From the NCBI GenBank assembly GCA_049968235.1, contig JBMFRC010000008.1, forward strand, positions 1-64,000: DNA of 64,000 nucleotides. Reading direction: 5' to 3'. The notes under the pieces are model-generated. The model worked only from the letters and a program-made list of their open reading frames with translations. It did not search any database and was not told the DNA's origin. Origin of the DNA: Candidatus Hydrogenedens sp. Lineage in GTDB: Bacteria > Hydrogenedentota > Hydrogenedentia > Hydrogenedentales > Hydrogenedentaceae. The translations under genes were made by a program, and so were the position numbers. Below, in pieces: positions 20,790 through 29,468 of the stretch; position 1 is the first letter of the stretch; every line of letters starts with the position of its first letter.

Positions 20790-22929
20790 TGGCTACGCCC
20801 TCCGAAGGTTTAGATGTATCTGTAATTACCTGCCCCCGGGCACTGGTCGACGAGACATTTACAATTCGGGTTTTGTAAAGAATGCCGTAGTCCGCGGGTT
20901 GTGTTATTTCACCCGTATCCGGGTCAATCCAGGCAGGAGAGGCTTCATAAAGGATAAGTGCATAAGTTCCCGGACGAATACCATCCTGCTCTGCCCAGTT
21001 AAATAATACTTCATATTTTGAATCCGAACCGCGATAATCTAAAACTTCCCCAGATAAACGTGGGAAGAAATCTGCTAATCGCCTTGCAAGCACATCACAC
21101 TTGCCTAACACAAGTTCTTTATTATTAACATTGTCAATAAAGCCATCAAAGATAGAGATAACCTCCGATGTCTCAGTACTTATTAACCGTAGTTTTACTT
21201 CTGCAGATTGTTCCCCTCTCGGGAACAGTTCACCCACAACAAAAACTTGTGCAGGCACCATTCGTCCAATCTCCAATGCTCTATTTGGGTCTGCCAAGCC
21301 AGCGGACAACTGTTGTTCATTCAACACATTTTGAAGATAAATTCTATCCAATATGTAGAAGCGTCCCTGCTTCCTTATACTCTCTTCCAGAACCGTTCTT
21401 AAATCACTTCCAAAACTATCTGTTGCGGTTCTGCCTGCAATAGCCAGTAATGCAATACTCATCTTGGTTTCATTCTTATTTACGAGAACAGGTTCTACCC
21501 TTACATCCATTTCCTTGCTTGCCTTCTTCCCCTGCGTATCCTGTGCCTCAATAGATAATTTTACCTTTCCCACACCTGATGGTAATAAGTCTGATGGTAA
21601 AGGAACGCGTTTGTTGAATGCCTCTTTAGGAGCACCTGTTAATTGTGTATATGGTTCTCCATTGATAAGCAGTGTTTGCACTGCAGAAGAACTGGTAATT
21701 TCCCCAGCAACACGAATAACGCGATTATGACGAGAGGGTTGTTCTGGTTTCGGAGTTTTTATATTGATGTCTATTCCTGAATCTTCGATTTGAGTTGATA
21801 ATATCTCACTAAGAATGGTTGCAGAGAACGATGATGTTGCTAAAGCGTGATTAATGCGGGTACTCCGTTGTGCAAAACGCCACAGAAGAGCCAATTGAGA
21901 ACGAGGTTCTCCTTTGAATGTTTTAATAGCAGTGCGTGTCTCATTACCTGCGGTATCACGAGCAGAAATAATAAAAACATTTTCGCCATCTTTCAAAGGT
22001 AAAACAGAACGGAATTCCCTACGATGTTCTCCATCGCCTTGCGATATAACCTGATTATTCAGAGAAATCTCTGCTATCCCCGTATCATCTACTACAACTC
22101 CTTCCAAAGCAAGTTCCGTGTCATTTATAACAAGATAATCTGTAGGTTTGAAAATACCGATACTTGGACCTGTAAGGTCAACCTGTGCCGATAAATTGTA
22201 ACTACTTTCTTTACCTGCAAGGTCGCGAACGGTTATAACGAAATCCTGTTTTCCCTCTTTGGTTTCGATAGGCTGTTCTATAAGGGCTGATTTTTCACCA
22301 TGTCGCAGGTATACAGATTGCTGATTCACAAAAATCTGCTCTATACCTATATCATCTGAACATTCTATTTTCAAATGATTATTTGCTTCACGAACAATCA
22401 TCGAAGAGGCATTTTTTTTATTTCTATCTTTTGTTATCTCCGCACTTATTTCAACTAGTTCTGCCTTTACTTTCGGCGGTTCACGGTCCTGCAATTCACC
22501 TTTCGATATGCGTTCCTTAATAATCATATCCAGGTAGTATCTTGCCCGTTCCGTATCTACCTGGGACAAAGAATTTCGCAATAATGTTTCTGCCTCCGAT
22601 AACTGTCCTTTCTTAAATAAAGTAATACCTAATTCACGATTCGGGAAATACTCAACAAAATGTAAACCGTAGGTACGTGCCTGCCATGTATCTCGTGAAC
22701 GACTTTGCAATGCGGTTCGTAAATCCTGTTCCGCTTCGTTCAAAAAGCCACCGGATAAAAACGAACAACCACGTTCATAGTAGTTCCACCATCTACCATG
22801 AAAAACTCCTGAAGTTACACCATAAGTCTTTCCCCCCACTGTGTAATTATCTGACGGTGAGGTTTGACAGCCAATAAAAATAAAAAGACTCATCAATATA
22901 ACCAGTAAATTATAATATCCTTTTCTCAC
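20758..22929 (-). CDS. Large lipoprotein with a TPR-like N-terminal region, central Ig-like repeats, and a C-terminal CsgG/TolB-N-like domain
   Basis: Lipobox ...FIGC. The C-terminal IALLAIAGR...RFYILDRIYLQNVLNEQQLS resembles the CsgG / LpoB-type fold. Confidence 0.45.
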   Translation of the reverse strand: MRKGYYNLLVILMSLFIFIGCQTSPSDNYTVGGKTYGVTSGVFHGRWWNYYERGCSFLSGGFLNEAEQDLRTALQSRSRDTWQARTYGLHFVEYFPNRELGITLFKKGQLSEAETLLRNSLSQVDTERARYYLDMIIKERISKGELQDREPPKVKAELVEISAEITKDRNKKNASSMIVREANNHLKIECSDDIGIEQIFVNQQSVYLRHGEKSALIEQPIETKEGKQDFVITVRDLAGKESSYNLSAQVDLTGPSIGIFKPTDYLVINDTELALEGVVVDDTGIAEISLNNQVISQGDGEHRREFRSVLPLKDGENVFIISARDTAGNETRTAIKTFKGEPRSQLALLWRFAQRSTRINHALATSSFSATILSEILSTQIEDSGIDINIKTPKPEQPSRHNRVIRVAGEITSSSAVQTLLINGEPYTQLTGAPKEAFNKRVPLPSDLLPSGVGKVKLSIEAQDTQGKKASKEMDVRVEPVLVNKNETKMSIALLAIAGRTATDSFGSDLRTVLEESIRKQGRFYILDRIYLQNVLNEQQLSAGLADPNRALEIGRMVPAQVFVVGELFPRGEQSAEVKLRLISTETSEVISIFDGFIDNVNNKELVLGKCDVLARRLADFFPRLSGEVLDYRGSDSKYEVLFNWAEQDGIRPGTYALILYEASPAWIDPDTGEITQPADYGILYKTRIVNVSSTSARGQVITDTSKPSEGVAIEKGLPSITM

Positions 22930-23067
22930 ATCGAACTCCCTGAACTTTGTTTTTATATTTTCTGTTCCTTTATTACTAATTTTACCATTTATTATAAAAA
23001 AATGAGATAAAATTTTGTTAGAAATTTTTAAAATATTATAGTTTTAATTATATCTTAAAACGAATCT

Positions 23068-24012
23068 ATGCAATATATAATTTTTGTTACATTATTTATT
23101 TTACTTCAAAATCAACCTATCACGATAGAAACCATAAATTACTTAAATTCCAATGAATTTGCTTGTGGTTTTAATCTTACTACTGTTCGTCCTATGGATA
23201 AACCGAATACTCTCGGAACTCTTACTTTACCCTCTCCCCCACAGATTGAACAGAGTCCTATATATCGTTTAGCACAGTGGGCAACAAATTTTCCGTTATA
23301 TTCTGGCGTCTTTACAAAAGCAGGAGAAAATACCTGGATTGCAAGGAATGAAGCGAAAAAAAACGTTTTGCATAAAAAAGATAACCTTTGGAGTATTGTT
23401 TTGAATAGTAATGGAATTACCGAATATCAAGGGAAGTTACGGAAATATGGAGAACCCTGGCCTCATCTCTTGATTGAAAAGGCATTCCCTGAAGGAATAA
23501 AAATAACAGGAAATAATCTGGCTTTTAATCTGGAATTTAGAATTACGAATTGTATATGTGATGATAGATTAAAAGAGAACATCGACCCAACATTACATAC
23601 CGCACAAATTTCCGCTTTCTGGACAGTGAAAAATAACAACCCGAATAGTAAAGATTATAAAGAGTTCTTCTGGCTTGGATTACCTCTTTTTGATGCACGT
23701 TATCCCATCCCTCCTGAGTATATAAACATAGACATAGGGTCTACCTATACAACCAACAAACTGATTACGGTAATTGATGGAAAGCGATTTTATGAAGATA
23801 GTACAGGTGATGGAGATAGGAATAAACTGAATACTCTGCTAACCCCCCTTTTTGAAGAGGCATTAAACAAAGGTCAAAAACGTGGATATTTAACCAAATC
23901 ACACATTGAAGATTTTATCCTTACCTCATTCAATTTAGGTTGGAAAATTACAGGACCCTATAACGTTGAAATTGAAATAAGAAACCTTTCACTGAATTGT
24001 GATAGAAAATAA
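23068..24012 (+). CDS. Hypothetical secreted protein (signal-peptide-like N-terminus)
   Basis: 314-aa ORF with a hydrophobic N-terminus and no recognisable motifs. It is adjacent to the BNR protein gene. Confidence 0.4.
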   Translation: MQYIIFVTLFILLQNQPITIETINYLNSNEFACGFNLTTVRPMDKPNTLGTLTLPSPPQIEQSPIYRLAQWATNFPLYSGVFTKAGENTWIARNEAKKNVLHKKDNLWSIVLNSNGITEYQGKLRKYGEPWPHLLIEKAFPEGIKITGNNLAFNLEFRITNCICDDRLKENIDPTLHTAQISAFWTVKNNNPNSKDYKEFFWLGLPLFDARYPIPPEYINIDIGSTYTTNKLITVIDGKRFYEDSTGDGDRNKLNTLLTPLFEEALNKGQKRGYLTKSHIEDFILTSFNLGWKITGPYNVEIEIRNLSLNCDRK

Positions 24013-24038
24013 CGACAAAACATAGAAGGGGCAAAACG

Positions 24039-25147
24039 ATGAACAAATCTTTATTATTTATTGGGTTAGCCCTGCTTACTCTGACATCATTTGGAGAACG
24101 ATGGATTCATCCTGCAGTAGAAACACTGGATATAGGACATAATCCTCCGTTTGTTATTCTCGCGATGGTAGTCTGGGAACAATAGATGCAGAAGGTTTCC
24201 GTGTAAGTAAAGATGATGGAAAAACATGGTCTGAACTCGTCCCTGTCTGCAAAGGTTTAGATGTTGAAGAACCTGCGTCCTATTATCTCCTGCGGATAAA
24301 AAACAATACACTCGTTTTGGTATATCTGAATTTCATTGGTAAAAAATTTGACTGGGATGAAAAGAACAAAGAACCTAAAGAAGGATGTGAATTAGAAGTT
24401 TGGGCGATACGAAGCCTTGACGAAGGGAAAACATGGGTAGATAATCAATGCATCCTTGACGGATATAACACCAACATTTTCGCATTGATACAAACCCGTT
24501 CCGGAAGGATTATAGCACCTTTTGACCATTTGACCAGCAATCCGGGGCATTTTATGATATGTTCCCTCTATTCGGATGATGAAGGGAAAACATGGCAAAG
24601 AAGTAACTGGATTGATATAGGAGGACATGGACATCACGACGGGGCATTAGAACCTACTCTTGCAGAACTGAGCGATGGACGATTGCTTATGTTGATTCGA
24701 ACCAGTTTAGACCAATTTTGGCAGGCAATTTCAGAAGATAACGGGAAATACTGGCGAATTATTCAGCCAAGCGGAATACAGGCAAGTAATTCTCCCGGCT
24801 ATTTATTGCGATTGTCAAATGGGAAACTGGTCCTCGTCTGGAATCAACTTAATCCGGAAGGACGGACTTATTCTAAAAGCGTTATGCCTCAACATACAGA
24901 ATTCCTTTCCTCATGGCATCGTGAAGAACTATCCATTGCCTTTTCAGATGACGATGGCAAAACATGGACAAAACCCGTCGTTATAGCACGGCAAACTGGT
25001 GGTCAATTAAGTTATCCTTATATTTTTGAACGCCGTCCAGGTGAATTGTGGATTATTCCCGGCTTCGCATTTCAAAAAATGTGGGATGAACCTCTCCCCT
25101 TACGAATGAAAATAAACATAGATACATTTTACAATGCAATAAAATAG
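24039..25147 (+). pseudogene. BNR/Asp-box repeat (sialidase-like, GH33-fold) protein disrupted by a +1 frameshift near 24160-24185
   Basis: An ATG with RBS at about 24039 encodes a signal peptide, MNKSLLFIGLALLTLTSFG..., and stops at about 24183. A second frame, open from about 24143, continues RDGSLGTIDAEGFRVSKDDGKTW... into the track ORF 24317..25147. Four S-x-D-x-G-x-T-W boxes are present. Confidence 0.5.
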
Positions 25148-25608
25148 ACTATACACACGAACATTTTCTCAATCACAATGCTGGACAAGGATAAACAACC
25201 TATAATTAGGATTGAGAAATAGGACAGAAAAAATATATGGAATAGCATATTTGCTAAAAGATAGCCCACAAACTCCCACACATGTCGGAAACAATAAGAA
25301 TAATGCAACATACATAAAAACTATGTTTTCCTAAAAATATAAGAACAAAATGAAAAGTAAGTATTTTTCAACTGCATAGTTCGCAGATAACTAAAAAATT
25401 CCCTGGCAAAGGAAGCATGAGCATAAGATTGAACAATGAAAAGGGAATATTTCCTATGAATGAGATGAATTAAATTATTTTTTATGTTTACATAAAGAAC
25501 ACAGAGGAAAATAAGGAGAACAACGAACAATTAATTCTATACTTACCCCTTTTTGATTGTATCTTAAAAACTATGTATGCAAGCCAACAAATCATCGGCT
25601 AAAACAAA

Positions 25609-26274
25609 TCAAACACCCCTTACATTCTCACCCCAGATAATTCGATGTAATTGTATCTGTAACCGCACAGGCAAACCATCTTGCAAAATCCAATGTGCAA
25701 ATTCCTGTAAAGATATACGCCCGGCAACAGGTGAGAATAAGATAGCACGACATTTTTTGACTAACTGAAACTCATTAATCTTCTGAACTGCAAAATCATA
25801 ATCATTTCGGTCCGCAATGACAAACTTTACCTCATCAAGAAACGGGTTCAAATAACCGATATTCTCCCACAACATCCGTTTTTCCATACCACTTGAAGGA
25901 CATTTAATATCCATAACCTTAATCACCCCCGGCGGAACATTTTTGATGGAACATGCACCATTGGTTTCCAATAGAACCGTATACCCCATCTCCATAAGAG
26001 TTTTCATTAACGAAAAAACAGATTTCTGTAACAACGGCTCTCCCCCGGTAATTTCCACCATCTTACACTTATATTGAAAAATAATTTTCAATATCTCCTC
26101 CATAGTAAAAAAAGTACCCTTCTCAAAGGCATACCTCGTATCACACCATGAACAATTTAAATTACACCCAGACAACCGAATGAAAATCATCGGACACCCC
26201 GCCCATGTAGATTCCCCCTGTATACTATAAAAAATCTCACATATTTCTAACTTGCTATCTTTATTTAAATCCAT
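25609..26274 (-). CDS. queE: 7-carboxy-7-deazaguanine synthase QueE (radical SAM)
   Basis: EIFYSIQGESTWAGCPMIFIRLSGCNLNCSWCDT matches the QueE N-terminus with its CxxxCxxC cluster motif. The start is chosen at the internal Met (MDLNK) rather than the track start at 26340. Confidence 0.8.
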   Translation of the reverse strand: MDLNKDSKLEICEIFYSIQGESTWAGCPMIFIRLSGCNLNCSWCDTRYAFEKGTFFTMEEILKIIFQYKCKMVEITGGEPLLQKSVFSLMKTLMEMGYTVLLETNGACSIKNVPPGVIKVMDIKCPSSGMEKRMLWENIGYLNPFLDEVKFVIADRNDYDFAVQKINEFQLVKKCRAILFSPVAGRISLQEFAHWILQDGLPVRLQIQLHRIIWGENVRGV

Positions 26275-26434
26275 ATAAAACTCTGCAATCAAGTAAGAGC
26301 ACTCTATAATAAAATGTGCATATAAAATTGAGAATAGCAAGTGTATTATATTTAAAGCAAAGCAAGGTTGAATCGTAGTACTTTTTTATCTTTAGATGGA
26401 TAGATACTATTTTTTACATCTTTCATTATAAATT

Positions 26435-26453
26435 TGGTAATATAAAATATTAC
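26435..26453. promoter_or_regulatory. Perfect 19-bp palindrome GGTAATAT-AAA-ATATTACC in the divergent queE / R-M-like intergenic region. It could be an operator or a hairpin.
   Basis: Read directly from the sequence. The 8-bp arms are exact reverse complements, about 45 nt upstream of the GAGG RBS at 26489. Confidence 0.4.
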
Positions 26454-26498
26454 CGAAATGTTTATGGTTTTTAACTATTCTTAATTATGAGGTTTTTT

Positions 26499-26914
26499 AT
26501 GGATAAGAAAGAATTAGGTTCAAAAACAGCTAAGGGGGGGGATTTGCCAATGAAAAAAGGATATGTGAGAAATTCAATTCCTGGGCAAAAGATAAAGAAG
26601 CGCAAGAATGGCTTCAAATAATGGGTTATAATCTTGACAAAATTAAATCTGTAAAAGCGATTCAAATACCTACCAAAATAAAAAAAGGAAATTTTAATAA
26701 ATTTTGTATAAAAGAAGATGAATATGAAGAATTTGTCAAATATAAAAAAGCAGATGCGCAAATAAAAATTTGTATAAAAGTTGGGGACATCATAAAAATC
26801 GAAAATCTATCTCTAAAAAAAGCAAATCAAGATGCTGACTACAATCAAATAGATAAAAGAACAGTTAATAATTACCAGGAAATGTGGGGATTTAGTGACG
26901 AAATATCATACTAG
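26499..26914 (+). CDS. Putative phase-variable or frameshifted ORF. The ATG at 26499 (RBS GAGG) runs into a G8 tract at about 26534-26541 and stops after 40 codons. One extra G fuses it to the frame of the 97-aa track ORF 26621..26914.
   Basis: Frame analysis from the sequence: frame 0 gives MDKKELGSKTAKGGDLPMKK...K*. Frame 2 is open from the G tract: GGFANEKRICEKFNSWAKDKEAQEWLQIMGYNLDK... The ATG at 26621 has no RBS. Confidence 0.35.
26534..26541 (+). repeat. Homopolymeric G8 tract inside the 5' end of the first ORF of the R-M-like operon (candidate slipped-strand phase-variation site)
   Basis: gctaaggggggggatttgcc read directly from the sequence. It is the only long G run noticed in an otherwise AT-rich islet. 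Confidence 0.6.
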
Positions 26915-26953
26915 CTCAAACTTTTCACAGGCGAATTAAGCCCCAAAAAAGAA

Positions 26954-27352
26954 ATGAAACAGGGGAATCTAAAAGAACTAAAAACCATAAGTTTTAGGGA
27001 TGCAAGGCGATTATTCCTTGACGAAATTCCTCCAAAAGCACAAAATAAAATTATTAACTTTTTTAAGAAGAATAGAATTAGAGTGGTGAGTGATATAATA
27101 AAAGGGAGAGGAGGACTATCAGCAAATTGGATGTTAGTAACAAAATATGATAAGAAACATGATAAAACAGCATGGATACTAAAAGATATAAATTTTGTGA
27201 TGAACTTTTTTGGAAACGGAAAGATATGCATTTCACCTAAGGGCAGTCTATATATTGGAAAAATCACAATGCAAAGAAAAGGCGGGACTCCAGATTCAAC
27301 AAAAATACAGTTTAAAATCAAACCTTGTGAGTTATTTGGCAGTGGAGAATAA
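26954..27352 (+). CDS. Hypothetical 132-aa ORF in the same frame as 26621..26914, separated from it by only a TAG codon. It ends 2 nt before the methyltransferase start. It is a possible C-terminal part of a decayed restriction endonuclease.
   Basis: Frames 26621 and 26954 are both ≡2 mod 3. The only intervening stop is the TAG at 26912-26914. The composition is very AT-rich, like the MTase gene. Confidence 0.35.
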   Translation: MKQGNLKELKTISFRDARRLFLDEIPPKAQNKIINFFKKNRIRVVSDIIKGRGGLSANWMLVTKYDKKHDKTAWILKDINFVMNFFGNGKICISPKGSLYIGKITMQRKGGTPDSTKIQFKIKPCELFGSGE

Positions 27353-27354
27353 AT

Positions 27355-28152
27355 ATGGAAGTTGATAAAGTTTATTTAGGAGACTGCATAAAAATAATGC
27401 AAGATATGCCGGATAATTGCGTCGATTTAGTATTTGCAGACCCTCCTTTCAATATTGGAATAAAATACGATGTCCATGATGATAATATGTCTTATGAAGA
27501 ATATTATAAATGGTCAATGCAATGGATAAGTGAATGTTATAGATTATTAAAGGAAAATGGTAGTATTTATATTGCCATTGGAGATGAATTTGCCGGAGAA
27601 ATAAGTATTATCTTAAAAAAAATTGGCTTCTATTTTAGAAACTGGATTATCTGGTATTACACTTTTGGACAGAACCAACGCAAAAAATTTAATCGGGCTC
27701 ATACACATATTTTGTACTTCACAAAGGATAGAACGAAATTTACATTTAATGACAAAGAGATACGAATTCCATTTGCCCGACAAATTGTGTATAGAGATAA
27801 AAGAGCAAATCCATTGGGTAAAATTCCCGATGATGTCTGGCAGTTCTCACGGGTATGTGGCACATTTAAGGAAAGAATAGGAAATCATCCCTGCCAGATG
27901 CCGGAAGATTTACTAGAACTGATAATTAGAACAAGTTCAAATATAGGAGATATTGTATTAGACCCATTTGGAGGGACAGGAACAACATCAGTCGTGGCTA
28001 AAAAGTTAAACCGAAAATATATCACAATAGAAATTTCAAAAAAATATTATGAAATTATCTTAAAAAGGTTAAATGGCGAAATTAAAGGAATGAACAAAAG
28101 CAACTCTGTAGAGAAAACATATCAAAAATCTTTGTTTGATTTTGATTATTAA
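27355..28152 (+). CDS. Beta-class DNA methyltransferase (N6-adenine or N4-cytosine; DPPF motif IV at the N-terminus, FGGTGTT motif I at the C-terminus)
   Basis: VDLVFADPPFNIG and HPCQMPEDLLELIIRTSSNIGDIVLDPFGGTGTTSVVAKKLNRKYITIE, in PF01555-type order. Confidence 0.85.
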   Translation: MEVDKVYLGDCIKIMQDMPDNCVDLVFADPPFNIGIKYDVHDDNMSYEEYYKWSMQWISECYRLLKENGSIYIAIGDEFAGEISIILKKIGFYFRNWIIWYYTFGQNQRKKFNRAHTHILYFTKDRTKFTFNDKEIRIPFARQIVYRDKRANPLGKIPDDVWQFSRVCGTFKERIGNHPCQMPEDLLELIIRTSSNIGDIVLDPFGGTGTTSVVAKKLNRKYITIEISKKYYEIILKRLNGEIKGMNKSNSVEKTYQKSLFDFDY

Positions 28153-28176
28153 GACCCAAATTTTGTAGAGATATAA

Positions 28177-29448
28177 TCACCTACCAAATATATTTTTTAT
28201 TGCTTGAAGGTAAGCGTAGCCGTGAACAGTGTCAGGTTCGAGGTAACTACCTTCGGTCCATTCGTTCCATGCATTGATGGTTAATGTTTTGTTGCAGATA
28301 GGGTTGTTATCTAAAAATGTGCGACATTTTTCTAAAGCGGATTGAAATTGTTCGGGGGTATTGCCTGATAAAATGGGCGTAAATGGATAGCCTTTGTTTT
28401 CGAAGGGGTCGTCCTGTTTACAACGGGGTGATGAATCCCAGCCCATGGAGACATTGGGGAAATAAGGAACAGTAAATTGTTGGGAGCGTTCTGCCCAGAT
28501 TTTATCAAATCGATTTGCCACTTCTGTATAGGGCGTTTCGGGGAATGTATTTAATGGAGTATCCAGAACCCATGCGTATGAGGTTACACTATCTATGGTT
28601 AAGTAGTGAATTAGTTCCGCCGGGGTCATTTTTCCTTGAACACATTTTGGCATGCGATTTTCAATGTTAACCACATTAATGTGTACACCGGGAAAACCTT
28701 TAGCAATTGCATTTTTCTGGAAATTATCCAGTGATTTTTTAGCCATTTCTAAACCGCCAACACCATCGACAAAGGTATGAATTTCATAAATAGAGAATAC
28801 AGGTTTGCCGTAGATAGTCCAATAGGCAGGGTCAGAAAAATATTTATCAATCACATAATTAGTAATTTGCTCAAAGGTTTCTGGAGTTACTTCGCCAGGA
28901 TATAGCACTTCCGGTGATTGAATCTTTGCTAAGGACGCCGGATGTATATTTATCCATGTATGGTTAGCCCACATCACGGCGAAACGAACGCGATTATGAT
29001 TCCGTGCTTTAAGGTAGCCTTCGTCTAAACATCGCTGTAAAAAAGGTCCATCGTTATACCAGTACCAGTCGAACAGAAAAACATCAATCCCATGTTCCGC
29101 TGCGCTATCAATTTTCATTTCCATTACCTTAGGGTCTGCTTCATCTACATAACCCCACAGGGGAATCTTCGGCTGTTGATGCCCCGAAAAACGCGGTCTG
29201 GCATTTTTCACCAGTTCCCATTCCGTCCAATTTTGACCGTGAACTTTTTCATTTCGTTTGTCTATGTGATAATTTGGAAAATAGAAACAGGCAACGGTGT
29301 AATCACCTCTTGAATTTTTTATAGGTAACGATTTTCCCTGAGATGTTTCATCCGAGAAACAGGGTCTGCCCGTAAAATAAAAAAGAACAAGAAATAATAG
29401 AAAAATTTTGATACAGAAACATGTTGATAAATGATATTGTGCATACAT
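28177..29448 (-). CDS. Secreted Glyco_tran_WbsX-like (GH99-like fold) protein
   Basis: Signal peptide. ACFYFPNYH...NWTEWE...GYVDEADPKVMEMKIDSAAEHGIDVFLFDWYWY resembles the WbsX family N-terminal consensus. Confidence 0.55.
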   Translation of the reverse strand: MYAQYHLSTCFCIKIFLLFLVLFYFTGRPCFSDETSQGKSLPIKNSRGDYTVACFYFPNYHIDKRNEKVHGQNWTEWELVKNARPRFSGHQQPKIPLWGYVDEADPKVMEMKIDSAAEHGIDVFLFDWYWYNDGPFLQRCLDEGYLKARNHNRVRFAVMWANHTWINIHPASLAKIQSPEVLYPGEVTPETFEQITNYVIDKYFSDPAYWTIYGKPVFSIYEIHTFVDGVGGLEMAKKSLDNFQKNAIAKGFPGVHINVVNIENRMPKCVQGKMTPAELIHYLTIDSVTSYAWVLDTPLNTFPETPYTEVANRFDKIWAERSQQFTVPYFPNVSMGWDSSPRCKQDDPFENKGYPFTPILSGNTPEQFQSALEKCRTFLDNNPICNKTLTINAWNEWTEGSYLEPDTVHGYAYLQAIKNIFGR

Positions 29449-29468
29449 TTTCTTTTCCTTTCGTATGT

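Noticed and set aside
25148-25608. Short ORFs in the AT-rich convergent gap between the BNR protein gene and queE
   Set aside because: Composition-driven ORFs with low-complexity hydrophobic sequence. There are no coding signals.
26275-26470. Looked for a preQ1 riboswitch upstream of queE
   Set aside because: There is no preQ1-I-like hairpin with a C-rich loop and A-rich tail. Only the AT-rich palindrome reported above was found.
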